Part shown: one piece after another, positions 22,525 through 35,972 of the stretch
Position numbering within the stretch: the first letter of the stretch is position 1
Layout of the letters: the number at the start of each line of letters is the position of its first letter
Assembly (NCBI GenBank): GCA_032718475.1
Contig: JAUCBJ010004978.1
Span: 1-43,007, forward strand
Direction: 5' to 3'
From: Nemertoderma westbladi
Lineage: Eukaryota > Animalia > Xenacoelomorpha
Length of the DNA: 43,007 bases
The notes under the pieces: generated by a model
The model's database searches: none
Seen by the model: only the letters and a program-made list of their open reading frames with translations
Told to the model about the DNA's origin: nothing
Program-made: the position numbers and the translations under genes

Positions 22525-25104
22525 TTTTAATGCTTAGTTGCCATGGTAATCATTAAATACACCAGGAAACACCTATTAAAAACATGTAAAATTATATGAT
22601 ATTAGACCATGAAATGAATTGGTTGGTTGAGTGAGTGAGTTATCGAATTCAAAACGTCTCTAATGATTTTCCCAATATCTCTACGCAGGTATATAACCTA
22701 AATCAAAGGTGACTCGCAAAGTTTTCAGACTCAGAGGTTTTCAGACTAGCAATGAGTTTATGGTTATTTTTTCTCCCACCGGGATATGAAGCACCTTCTT
22801 AAATACTTGGAACTTCACCTGAAGAGCAGGATATATAAAGGCAATTTGAAGTATAGACCTATTTTCCTATTATGATTTTAGTTCAATTAATATACTAAAG
22901 AACAGATATTAATTAACAGAAATAAAGTGATTTAGATAAAATACCACAATAAAATAATATATTTGGTAAGTATGAAATAGCTTTGACTAACCTGTCCTAT
23001 AATAACACCTGTAGAAGATGTTGAGACTAACTAATAATGCCTCAATCCCTTCTCTACGAATACCCCCACATGTTTGTCTACCGCAATATCACAATATTGT
23101 GCAAAAATTTCAAATTAAAACAAGCAAAATGGGATATTCAATAATGGGTAAATCAATTGCGATAGTTCCGGATAGGTTTTAGCTCGTGCACGGTGCACCA
23201 ACTGATGCGTTCCGTTCGATTGATCTCCCCTTCAATACGTAGCGGATGGAAGAATATCTAAGGAAGGGGACGACCAACATTGAAAGGTTATAGTTGGGAG
23301 TCAGCCCAGAGGTTGGCATTTATTCTCAATCCTGGAGTTACAGGCCACCCTGCTGAATGCGACTATCTACCTATGTGATTGGTAGTTTCTTTTGCAGATG
23401 CCAGATGTCCAGGTACATTTACGCAGGTAACACCAACTACAGCATTACGTGTGCTGCCATTGGTTGACATTCCTGTTTCTTCAAGGAGCGGGTGTCAGGT
23501 AGTAATACTGCACTCGTCGTGCAATTGTATCTTGCAAGTAAGGGGAACAAGAAGAATGGATGGGAAGCAGGTTCAAATGTATTCATTGTATGCGCCCAGT
23601 GTATGAATTGTGGGACAGGATTTATATTTGAGCTAAGAAGAGTAGGCATGTAAAACGGATGTAAGATGTTGTGTAATATTATTGATATATTATGTTAGCC
23701 ATTTCTAAGGCCAAAGGGCTAAAAAGTGAGATGATCTTACATTTATAATTTTAATTACTAATTGTGAAGGATTTAAAGTTTAAAGTTTTTGACAATGTGC
23801 GAGAGGCATATCGGGAATTATCGATCTCGCCTTAATGGTAAATTGTCCTTTAATAGTGTAAAGGATTTCTCACGCCCTCAGTGCGTGGCAAGCTCCCAGA
23901 CGGCTATTGTTCATTTTGCAAGTAGAGGGGGTTGGGTGGGGGGGAATTTCGAAAAAATAAAGCTGTACCTGTTGTATTGACTTTATTTTATTGTTTTGGT
24001 TAGAATAATCGCAAACGTCGCGATCTTCGCGAAATTTTGTTCTTACGAATACTATAGGTGGACAAATTTGAATAAAATCGTGAAGTGTGCGAAATTTCGC
24101 GATTTTCGCCGCGGAAATTTTCAAAATCGTTGACCTAATGTCGGAAACCTACGCAAAACTGATATAAATAATAACTTGATGCATATTACAGGAAAATCTT
24201 GCATGGTTTATTAAATGTAGGATCATAAATTATGTTAGCAATTCCACCACCTTAGCGTTCAGATACCTCTGCATAGAAATCTACACTACTACTACTAGGA
24301 TCGGCATACTGCATTGCAGCTGCATTTTTAAGAATGCTGTGCCGGCTTGTCGACAAAATTGCGCCGCCACAACTCCCTATCACCCATGACATTTGCATCG
24401 TCAATTCCCTTTAAGATGCGTCTCAAGAAAGTCATGGGCTGTCCACCATGCTTATTCACTCCATGAGGCTGCCAAAGCAAAAGATTATGCACTGGCTGGT
24501 CCTCACGGCGAAAGCAATGTCCTGCAAAGCGGAGGCGAGTTTGTAGAAATTTGTACCTGTAGAAATCTACAGGTACAATATGATTACTGTTATGAGAATA
24601 TTTTAGAATGTTATAACTACCATCATTTTATTTATGCAGTATATATCAATTCAATTCATTAAATAAAATGAAATGAAATGAAATTGAATATAATACCCGC
24701 CATGTTCTGTGAACTAAGTATAGGTTCTATACAGCATATACAATAGCATATAATCATAATCTTTCCCCACCTCATTGTCTATTCCCCACCCCAGTCAGCC
24801 ATTTCGTAAAAAACGAAAATCATAAATCGCTATATTGGAACTAGTTCACTGCATCTGGACCAGTTCACTCTGAATCAGTACAGATCACGCAACACTGACG
24901 ATCTATTCATATGAATTTCTTATTTGGTAAAAAGATCAATGTATCATAAAGGTCACCCGCATCCCTCCCAAATCTAATAAACAAATACGTGCAGCATTCA
25001 ATCGTTGAGTCAGCAAGATGTAATTAACAATTCCCATCGAAGGGCTAGTTGCCAGCCTATAATTATCCTTTAAAAGTCGATATGCACCTGGAATTGCCAA
25101 TTAT

Positions 25105-25390
25105 GGTGTGATCCCGTAGCATTAGGTCCTTTAGCATTTGGTCCCCTTCCATTATGTCCCGTAACATTAGGTCCCTTAACATATGGTACAAATAGAATTT
25201 GGTCCCATTGCATTATGCAAAAACAATAAGAGAGTGTGATGTTGGTTCACTCAGAAACACTATTAAAGAGAGAATGATGTAGGTTCACTCAGAATCAACT
25301 TTATAGAGAGAGTGAGGTTGTTTGACTCAGAATCACCTTTAAAGAGAGGAGTGAGGTTGGTTCACTCTGAAACACCTTTAAAGAGGGAGG
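25105..25390. repeat. Degenerate minisatellites: about 22-bp gcattaggtccc units, then four units of about 39 bp (agagagtgatgttggttcactcagaa)
   Basis: Visible tandem periodicity. Confidence 0.75.
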
Positions 25391-26653
25391 CCACAACTCA
25401 TTGCTTATATTTCTTTTCCGGCAAGTTTTTTTGGAAAATTGAATTGTACATTCGATTTCTAAGGGCTTTTTAGTAATATTAGTCGTTCATTACTTTAAAA
25501 AGATTGACAGCGGGAAATAAAAGTACATTGCTGACCAATCAATGAATCTCCTTTGGTTTGATTTCTTTTCACATGGTAATTATCTGTGATAGATTTGATT
25601 TGTATGTTTAGAAATATGAGCTGCTCAGCTGCCAAGGTTAAGTGATTAGAAATTCGAGATGCCTAGACGTGTGCAACATTAATGCTGCCAAAAATGTCTT
25701 TCCCCTTGTGTATCCGTAGTTCTTCCCTCACCTGACTTCCGGATCCATGATCTCAAGTAGCAGAAGTTATCCACATGCAAGCCATCCCAGGAGCTTATGC
25801 CCTTACGATCACACATTTCTTGGCGGCTGTCAGAGTTTACTATATTATCTATTATCTATATATGTTATCAAAATTTTGGTCTTCTTGGAGTTTACAAAAA
25901 GACCAACACTAGTAACAACCCGCTCCAATGAGCAGAGGATCCTTTTTGGCTCCCTCTAGTTATTCTGACAGTAGGCCTACTCTAGTTCATTTAGGTACTT
26001 AGGTAACAGGATTTCCTCGACTTCTTGAACCAACCGGTAGTGTTATCATCACTCCATCTTTGTTAAGATGGGTATTTACGTAGAACATAATCAACCACAA
26101 TTAGTGACTAAGAATGAGTGTGTCGAGTGTCTCCCATTAGAACTTCGAATGTATATATCCCTATAACATTACTTTATACAGCACTACAACTAATACCAAT
26201 GGTTGATTGGCACACAGACTAAAAGTTATTCTACTGTATATTATAAACGATATCCAAAATGGTGTTTCTTCATGAACCAAACATAATCGAAAATTTGAGA
26301 CGTGTAGTAGTAGTAGACAGAATATTTGCAAGAAGATTCAATGGAATAAGGCTTATTAATATGTATGGATTACTGGTGTGCTTAAAATAATAGCCAATAG
26401 TTGTTTCGTAAGAAGAGATAATTAATGCAATTAAGATGGGAAATATACTATTATTAATAATGATGCATGTGAGTGATAATATCATAACCGAAATAAGACG
26501 ATATTAAATACGTGCTTGAAGGTTTCGACACTTTTGATTTCCTTGAAGGTGTTAGCGCATTTGACAAAAAAGACGTATTTAACCTCTATTTAATATATTT
26601 TGACTCTTTCCGATTGTTTTGTAGAGCACACAAGAATGAGAGTAAAAAACCCA

Positions 26654-27900
26654 TGTAAAGTACAGTAGTATACCGCCTACCGGATCCTAGTAATGAAGTA
26701 CGTTACTGTAGAATCCAGCATTGTATACGGGCTCGTACAGTATCTGACAAGAAATCCCAGTCCAGGGTGTCTAAATAAATAGATACTAAGTATACAAACT
26801 ACTACTGGCGAGGAACGGAGCCTGGTGTCTATTCTAATACTTGGACGAATCAAATGCCCAGGCTAACTAGACAAACAGGATGCCCGGCCTCTAACCGGTG
26901 AGGCAGATGTACAGTCTACAGATACAGACCAAACTCACGGGAAAACAATCCCCGCGTAGCGAATCCTAACTATTGCTAATGGACCTAAAATACTGTAAAC
27001 TTGCTGCGCTGTGATTTATATATATGGGTATAATACGAGCTAGTGGGACAACAGAACTAGCGTAAAACAATACTGCCGACAGGAAAATAGCAGTCAAAAG
27101 GGGTGCCTCTACACCTGAGTAAAACAAATACCAAATTTCTCCTCAAATAATAGAATATTCTTACCGTAAGTCTGCAGCTTAGATCTCAAGACGTGTGTGT
27201 GTGTGTGTGTGTGTTAAGATAAAACAATTTTGGTGTATCGCCGTTATACTAGGTTTTGGTGATTTTATCAAAATAACAATGCTGGGTGCTAGCTACTCGA
27301 ATAAGCTAGTCGCACGCTGTAGGCGCAATTCTTATAAACTGACGTCAAAAGGGCTCTCTCCTCCTTCATTCACAACTCAACCGGGCAATTACGGTGTTAG
27401 TAACTACACCCGTGATCGGCACTAATACCAGATTCTGATTGTGAGATAAGGAAATAGGTGTTAATTTACTAGCTAGCTGTAGTAGTAGTGCCGTAGTAGT
27501 AGTAGTAGCTGATCTGGTATATAATTTGATTCTAGAATTTTGTTACTGCGGTGGGCTGCAGTAAATACCTATCAGTACTTTGCAAGGGCGCGGTAGGATG
27601 TTAGTAACCTCCCTTAGCCAAATGTGTTCTGGTAGCAGAAAACTGCCTCTTGCCTGATCAAATACTTTGGAATCAGACAGGTGAGTCAAACTATAAGGCC
27701 TACAGAGCTAACCGGTACTGTACTGTCAGTACTGCAAATCACCAAATTATAAAGCGTGCTATTCACACCTAAGTGCACTTGCGCAAACTGACGAACAGCA
27801 ATAGCTCGCACCTGTAGGAGATACAGGTTGATCCGGGTTTTTCCCTGTCTCAATCTGAGATATTTGATCCTAAATTTTACGGCGTCCCAGGATGGCGTAA
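26654..27900 (-). repeat. LTR-like direct repeat of element B (3' LTR)
   Basis: Colinear with 37002-38200 from tgtaaagt to ggcgtcccagga; many more differences than the LTR pair of element A. Confidence 0.85.
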
Positions 27901-28234
27901 ATACTAAGTACTGCGTAAATATAAAACCTTCGTACATACATACATACAAATACGGATTTACTATCTAATTTATCAAGGCTTAGTGCATAAAATATAAAAC
28001 TTCGGTAATCCAAATTAAACAAATTAACAAATTAAGGCAAATAATTTCAAATCCTTCGTAATACATATAATATTGCAAATATACATAATAAATTTATCAA
28101 ATGAAATCAGTTCAATATAAACAAAACATAATACGCTAAAATAATTTCCAAATTGAGTTGTGTTAATTTCCAAAAGTGTCCTCCAAGATCTTAAAAGTTT
28201 GTCCTGCTGGTTTCTAGACATCATCTCCTGAGCG

Positions 28235-29885
28235 CTAATCGATAACGGTCCCAATCATGCGCTTAGTAGGATCGGGTTGAGCCTCTGTGACGCTAGGAGG
28301 GAGTTTTAGGGGTGGGACCAACCCGTCCGCCGTCACCTCACTCTCCGATGTCATCTTAACCCTCATTGGTTCGGGCAAAGCCAATCCTGCTTTAAAACCA
28401 TTTTCGCGCAAGACGTCTGCCTCGTCCAATATACACCAGGTCACGCGTTTGTAGTAAAATGCGCTCCGATAAGCCCAAGCAATCGAATGCCAGGCTCCCC
28501 GATTCCACTGTTCGATTCGCAGTTTGTCGAACTCTCCAGCGGGTATCCATGGTTCACCATGGTCTGAAAGTTCCATGTATTCTCATTATCTGGGTGAACC
28601 AGTAGGAAATAGTCCCATACAAACTTAAAGCCACTATCCAATGGCAATATATCTAGTACCTCCTGTCAGTTTCGAATGTGCCATCTCCGATCCATAATCA
28701 AATCGTCCGCATCAGATATCCTTGCAGGATGCAAGGTGCGATATCCGTCCCCATGCAATCAACTTCCTTTAAGTTGGTAAAATGTGGATGCACGTTGCGT
28801 ACGATTTTCTGGACGATTATTCTACGCAACTCCGCCGCCTCTAATACATCGCCAAACGTTACCGATGGGAGGAAATCCAGGTTCGAAATGATCTCTGGAT
28901 GCTCCACTATGGGGATCTCGTAGGTCGTATCCTCTCGAGGCGGTATGCTGATAGGAAATTGGTTGTCCTCGCGACCGGCACTATCGCTTGGGTAGAGTAG
29001 AGTAGATTCTCGCATCATCTCGACGTGAAGTATCTGTAGTTGAGCGAAGGTAATGCTATCAAAGAGTTCGGGTGTCATTTCCTTGGGTTCGGTTTGATCC
29101 TGGGATATCCAATAGAATGGTAGGCTCGCGAGCATTCCACCGAACTTCTCAATCTTACCTTTGTCGTACACCTTGTATCCCCTATATAGGCTAAGAGCTT
29201 CCCGCTTCTCCTGTGTCGACTTGTTGGACTCGTCTACTACCATATTGTAGATGTCCAGTTCGACTAGTTTGGGTTCGTAAATCACAATCTACCCCGCGTT
29301 CGGTCCACTCATCTTAAACGAGTGATACGGATTCATCAAGGGGTATCCACCTTCTTGATAACGCAGACTCTGATGGTTTGGGCATCGCGCTAATATCGGC
29401 TCGGGGTTCTCCGTGTTCAAGTGCATAGGAATCGCATTGTCTTTCGCACGCATACATTCTCCACATTTATAGAACAGTTTATAAATGGAGAATGCTTCCT
29501 TAGTCTCCAGGTCCACTCCTCGAGCACGTCTATAAAGGTGCATCCAATCGAATTTGTCCCTAGCTGCAAGCTAGGGTTCCCTCGCCGTCAAATATTGCAG
29601 CATGTGATATAATCGGCGCATCTCTGTGTCGGTACAGTGTGGATACTTGTTTGGACTTGGTAGGCCTGCGGGCCTTCCGGTGAGTGTCTCCCTTTGTGTA
29701 ATGGGTTTGTCTGAGTCCTTAAGCACTTTATTAATCTCCACGGTCTTACCTTTACTGTCAGAACTCAGTGAGTTGACTGGTAGTAATGGTTTCAGCTCTA
29801 TGGTATCAATGTGTTCCTGTGGGCTCGTAAGCTTCCTAACGTTAGTCATGCGTTTAGCCATAGGCTGTAAGTCTAGTATTTTCAA
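28235..29885 (-). pseudogene. Degenerate extra 3' ORF of element B, unknown product (about 550 codons)
   Basis: ORFs 29571-29885, 29289-29543 and 28698-29285 share a frame separated by single TAGs, followed by frameshifted 28441-28647 and 28235-28576; contains CGEC...CPNH. Confidence 0.6.
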
Positions 29886-30049
29886 TTAGCGGAGTGTGAT
29901 ACCTGTATTTACATTTGGATGGGCACAACCCATACTTGCAATACCTGTAACCACACTATCAAGGAAGTCAAAGTAGGTAAGTTGGTAATACCTAGTTTAG
30001 TACTAGTCTGCTCCAATGGGTTTGCAGCGTCATAGCACATGTCATTACT

Positions 30050-30520
30050 TTCTGGTTGATAGTTTAGTGGAAAGTCTGGTAGACAGTCTGGTGAGGCGTC
30101 CGGCGAACAGTCTGGTGAGATGTCTGGTGAAACATATCACGAAACATCCGGCGAAATGTTCTGTCATAAGTCCCATGGAAAGTCTGGCATAGCATCTGGC
30201 AGAGTGTCTGGTCTAAAGTCTGGTGGACAGTCTGATGGAACTAAATGTTCAATGAAATGAACTGGAACGAAGTGTCTGGTGGAAAATTTGGCGAAATTTC
30301 CGGTAGACAATTGGTCAAAAGATCCAAAAAACAATCTGGCAAAGAATCCAGAGAATAATCTGGTGGACAGTCTGGCGAATAATCTGGCAAGATGTTTGGT
30401 GAACAATCTGGTGAACAATCTGCTGAAATCCCCCACGGAACTTCCGGTGAAAGATTTGTTGGAACGTCTGGTCGAATGTCTGGTGAGACATCTGGCGTAA
30501 TGTCTGGTCTATTGTCCAGG
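30050..30520. repeat. Degenerate 12-bp tandem repeat (tctggtgaacaa-like) inside element B
   Basis: 12-nt period; reads PDxx repeats on the minus strand. Confidence 0.8.
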
Positions 30521-30639
30521 TCATTTGATTTTATTCGTCCTTGTTTCCTCTTGACCTTGGTGCTGGCTTTTGCCTTCGACTTGACAACAGTATCAATTTT
30601 TATCTCAGCACCTTCCCGGCACATTCATTCATCCGATGG

Positions 30640-31725
30640 TCATTGTAGGAAGTCAGGTCCTTTAAACCAGAAGGACTTATTGTCCGGTTTACAAAAGTCT
30701 ATGGGTCACATTCCCCATGACACGATGTCAGCTGGGTTCAGTTTCCCTGGGCAGTGACGCCAGTCTTGTTTGAGCGACCGGTCTATTATTTCAGCCTGCC
30801 TGTTGGCCACGAAAGTCTTGAACTGAAACGTTTCATTATTGATGTACCAAAGTATCAACATTGCGTCAGTCCAATACGTGACTTTCAAGTTAGCCTCCAA
30901 TTTGCGCTGAACTAGACTGACGATATCGGTGGATATTGTCCTGGCTTGTAGCTCTCTCCGAGGTACTGTCATATATTTCAAAGGCATTGTTTTGGCCCTT
31001 GAAGTAACGAAAGACACCTCGTAACTGTAGGATGTCACTTGTCGTCTAAGGTATAGAGTAACCCCCAGCCCATCCTTGCTAGCGTCACTAAAGCTGTGAA
31101 GCTCTAGATCCGCAGGAAAGGTGGCCTGTAAAGGAAAGTATACCCTGGGTATTGTATAGTCCTGTAGGAGTGTCAGTTGAGCCTCCCAGTCCCTCCATTG
31201 TTCGGCTGGCTTTTCTGGGATGGGATCTTCCCATTCCAGTCCAGCCTGCCAGATGCTGCGGAGTATAATCCTAGCATGTAGGATCACGGGACTGATGAAA
31301 CACAGTGGGTCATACAAATGACTCATTGTTGATAAGCAGGTCCTGTTGGTGAGAGGTATCGTCTGGTCGTTGGCCCTTACGCGTACCCTAAAGTTGTCGG
31401 TGTTGGGGTCCCAACTTAATCCTAGGACTTTGGTCGTAGGCAGAGGTTCTAGATCTAGATCTAGGTCACCTCTGCTACCATCAGTAGGGTCATATGAGTT
31501 CACTAGTTCGGAGTTATTGGAAGCGAATTTGGTGAGGTGGAATCCGCCCTCAGCGAGACAGTTCTGGAGTTGGTATGCTACGGTTGTAGCACACTCCAGA
31601 GTGTCACAACTCTTGAGGCCATCATCCATGTAAAAATCCCGCTCCACTGTCCGAACTACTTCTGGGTCTAGTTTGTCACGTCGGTCTAATGCTGTCTGTT
31701 TCAGGGCAAAAACTCTTACCTGCAT
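30640..31725 (-). pseudogene. pol: Element B RT C-terminus and RNase H
   Basis: FYMDDG, GGFHLTKFASN, KVLGLSWD, YDPL, LHSFSDAS, TVPRREL, YWTDA, WRHCPGKLNPAD. Confidence 0.93.
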
Positions 31726-32397
31726 TTGGTAAGTTTCTGGCGGAAGATCTAAATTTCAGTCTGAAGTTGCGCATTGTATTGCATATGGGCCGTCTCATCA
31801 TGCAACAGCTGCTGCCGTATTGACTTAAGTCTTTTCAAGACAAGCGGGTAGTTGTTAACAAGCTTGAGCCATGGCACCACAACATCCCAACTTCGTAGTG
31901 GCCATCGTAGTGGTTGCTGGTAGGCTTGCAAGCCTTCCAGTGTCACTAGTCAGCATCGAAACGTTGTGAGGCGGTTTGACAACCTTTTGATCTGTTGGTA
32001 GGCTCGCAAGCCTTCCAAGATCAGCGATCGGTGTCGAAGCCTTGCAGATGGGGTCAACGACCTACGGATGTGTCAGTAGGCTCGCAAGCCTTTCAAGATC
32101 CTCGTTCGTTGAGACATCCACAGCATCAACCCTTTGGTCTTCGGTAGTCGATACAACCTGTTCCGCTGCAAGTAGCTGTAAGTTAGAGGTCCGTGTGGTC
32201 TCGTCCAAGTCTGTTACGTCGGTGTTGGTAGCGACGTAAGACTGTCGTGGTACTGTCTGTACAGTGGGACCACAGGAATGTGAGGGAGAATTGACTAACG
32301 TAGTAGTTAATAGACTACATGTGCTGAAAACGTCGTCCTCCTGGTCACTTACCTCTAGTGAACGCACAGGCGCTCTCGTATACCAACCCATGGGAGT

Positions 32398-33716
32398 CAG
32401 GGGCGGATGCAGAAATTTAATTTCTATGGTGCGCACAATTTGTGAAGTTTATCTTTTTGTCTAATGGCGCTGCCCAAGCGGTATCCGGGGGGCAGAACCC
32501 CTGTTGCCCTGGTGGTTGGGGAGGGGGGGGGGGGGGGGGATTACTGTGGAAGATCACCCATCATGGTGGTGAACAGGCATTCCTTTAGGAACCAGAATGG
32601 AAGGGTTTACTGTGGAAGATCACCCATCATGGTGGTGAGAATTATTAATAATCGCCTATTTGTGATAACAACAACCGAAAATTAACCTAGTCTAATTAAA
32701 AGGATTGGATTGGGAGTAGGCGCGCTTCATTTTTATAAGAATGGAAACAATTAAAGTAATAAACTTAAAATGTTAGAATATTGGTATAAAGCATTTGGAT
32801 TAGGGTGGTCTATATCGATTTACGTTTTAAACTGCAGCTGTGTCTTAAACTTATATAGTATCGTATCTGCAGCACGCTTCCATGATATATAAAATAACTG
32901 ATTTTCATCACCATTTGGTGTAAAGTCCCTTGTCCAATCATCTTGGAGCTATTGCGTTGTGTTTAGGTTAGGAGACAAAGGTATTTTCTTGTGTACAATT
33001 AATGTGGTTCTGTGCTTAGCTGGCTTCTACACATAAGTATATGAATGTCAAGGTGCTTTCTACCAATGTAGCGCATTGGTCAATGGTCAATGACCAGACA
33101 TTTAGCCAATCTCTGGAGGGTTTGCAGCCGTAGCCTCATTCGTTCCTGGCTGTATTATTGAGGTTTGGGAATTGAAGAAACGGTAAACTTTAAATAGTTC
33201 CCTCCCAGTGGTATGTAGCTAGTACAGTAGTTCACAAAGATAATTGGTTTGGCTTGCATAGATCCGACCCACATAATATAACAGCAATATACTTTACAAA
33301 TAGCCCCATGCTTTACATTACATAGGTTGTTAGTGGTCTTTCAGTTCAGGTAAAGCAAGGCCATGCATACTGTTCCTACAATGTATAGCCAGCCCATAAC
33401 TCCATACTGCTGATCTACAGTATTACGCCAAGGTGATACCCCCCTCCCGCCTACATGGAGCGCGCCTTGAGAAGGTTTACAGCAATTTTATATTGGGGAT
33501 GATGGTATGGAGATGGAAGTTGTGAATGTGGATTCCGCTTGGGGTTATCGAGTGATGACGGCCCTTGTATGTTTTATCATAACTATCAATTAATAGTAAA
33601 TCTAAAAAAAAAATATTTTTATAAATTTTTTTTTATAAATTTTACTCTTTTTATTTTCTTTCTAAAAAAATCTATGGTGCGCATTGCCACGCGCCCCTAT
33701 TGTGGATCCGCGTCTG
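32398..33716. mobile_element. Non-autonomous hAT-type element inserted in element B pol
   Basis: Perfect 8-bp TSD atgggagt (32390-32397, 33717-33724); imperfect TIR CAGGGGCGGATGCA / TGGATCCGCGTCTG; removing it restores PYACRTPMGW, equivalent to FYAERTIMGW in element A. Confidence 0.9.
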
Positions 33717-33725
33717 ATGGGAGTT

Positions 33726-35972
33726 CTACAAGCGTATGGGTTGCCCCACAGATGGGCGTGTCTCCCATACTTGATGCAAGTTGAACTGATCAGTCCCAAT
33801 CAACATCGCAATTGAGCGATAGTTAACAGGAGATTCCAGTATTCCAAGATGTCGGAAATACTTACGGTCTTCCGGAGATTGTTCTGGCACTGGACCAAGT
33901 AGGTTACTAAAGTCCTTGGTGGCAGCAAATGTCAGATTTCTAACCGGAAGTAACGAGAGTTCCTCTCTGCTATGCTCTGCTTTGGAAAGAAGAGTGTCTA
34001 GGGCCAGTTTGACCCTTGTAATGGGTATCAATCTCTTACCATGCTTGCTACTTACGGTATACTGAGCAGTCTTAACTTGGCTCATGTCAGTAACTAAGTC
34101 GGCCACTTGTTCATCAACGTAGCTGTGTGAAGACGCAGAGTCCAAGATAGCGTATATACGCTTGCTCCCTCGGGTTCCGTTGATCTTGATGGGAATCACA
34201 CTGAAACCCTTTAGCTGATTCTGCGTAAGGAGTGTTACAGATGGTTGTTCCTCCTCACCTGCATGCACGTAAAAGGTTTCGTCCTCCGTCTTGTCTTTGT
34301 CTGACGAACCTGATTGGTCCACGTAATCCGTGTAGAATGTACGGACTTCGCACGGTGCGCACTCGTTATAAAGCGCGTTACATCTTGCCGCTTTATCGGG
34401 ATATTCTCATTGAAAATGCTTAGTCGGAGTGTGACTAGTAGTGTGGAACAAAGTGTCGTGGTTGCGTCCACACAGAGGACATGTGTCATCACTTGGACAG
34501 TCCTTCCGGACATGCCCAGGTATGGTACATCTCCAGCAAGAGTCCAATGGGCGGATCTGGAGTCTTTTCTCCTCCACTCCTAGATCCTTAAATGCGCGAC
34601 ATCTGCGCATCTTGTGACCGCCGTATCTTCCACCATTCTGCTCACAAAATTGACATCCAACGAAGTCCACCGGCAACTGTTGGTGGCTGTTTGGTGCCAA
34701 TAGGCATCAGAACCTTGGAGGAATCCATTGGGGTGGCATGGGGTATGCCTTTCACATTCGTCGGAAGTTGTTTGGTCCAATTTGACGCAGCGATCGTAAT
34801 TCCTTCTGCCGCTATGTGATGGTCTGTATAGTTAGACAGCATCTCTACTACAGCCTCTCGCAAGATCAATTGGTAAACATCGATGAGTTTTAATAGTTCA
34901 GTTTTTTAATAGTCCAGATCGAGACCTTATAGATCTATCTCTCGCGTCAAGTTCGAGGTCTTCCTTTGCGATCGCCAACTCGCGCGATCTGCGATTCTGT
35001 TCGAACTGGAGCTGCATCTCTCTTTCGAGTTGACCGACCTGCTCCTGAGGAGCCGCTAACACCGCTTCATGTACGGCTAAACGAGCGTTTATCTGTCGCA
35101 CTTCCAGTTTGGCACGTGTGTCAGAAGCTGACTTGTCTCGCGCTAACTCGGCTGCTGCTGTTTGTCGTGCTAATTCGGCTGCAGCTAATGTTGTCCATTG
35201 CGCTAACTCTTCCTCCAATTTGCGCATTTCTGATGCTTCAAATTCGGCTTGGGCCTGGAGTTGAGCGATTTTCGCATCATCTACCCTGCTTTGTCTCTCT
35301 CCCTCGACAGCAACGTGTGCCATCTGCCGTTGCGCTTCTTCTTCAGCAGTTGTTGGCGTGCGATCTCCTGTTATTGTCGAGTAATCACCGACGTCGTCCG
35401 ACTAATGTCAGCTTCGCTCCGTACGCTGATGAATAATCTATCCAGTTGTGGAATTTGGTAGGCTCGTGAGCCTTCCGTAGTTAGAACTTCCATCGTCCCT
35501 CTCGGTACAACTTCCATTCTTCGATCGGTACGCCGCATCTATAAAGAAAATCGGTGAGTGCCTCTAACTTCCCATCCAGGCAGTATAGTTATTCTTCCTC
35601 TTCGGTTTGCACCAACACGTCGGAAAGAGACTCACCCATCAGTTGATCGAGTTGCTCTTGCTGAGTCGATCGTACGACCGACTTAAACTGAATGAGACTT
35701 TCCCTCGCACTTACCAGTTTATCTATTATCTTTACCTGAGTAAAGTTGTTGCCACGCAACTCTGCGAGTTCGTGTAAAACTCTGAGTTTATCTACGGAGG
35801 CATGTACTCTACTTTCTATTCTCACCTGCAGGGTGTAGAACTCGTATCTCGACATCGGGGCAGTTAGCTCGCGCACGACGCGAAAACCTTCTCTGATATT
35901 TCGAGTTATCTGAGCCATGTGTCCTCCTATACTCCTAATAATGTTCTCCTGGCTCCCAGTCGAACTTACCAT
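33726..35972 (-). pseudogene. gag-pol: Element B gag and protease fragments
   Basis: Coiled-coil gag pieces; CQFC...H...C, CWRCTIPGHVRKDC and CPLCGRNHDTLFH knuckles; protease YAILDSASSHSYV; several stops and frameshifts. Confidence 0.88.

Noticed and set aside
27880-27898. tRNA-Asn-like PBS (ggcgtcccaggatgg)
   Set aside because: Present in both repeats, on the strand opposite to element B's genes, and lacks the initial T of TGG.
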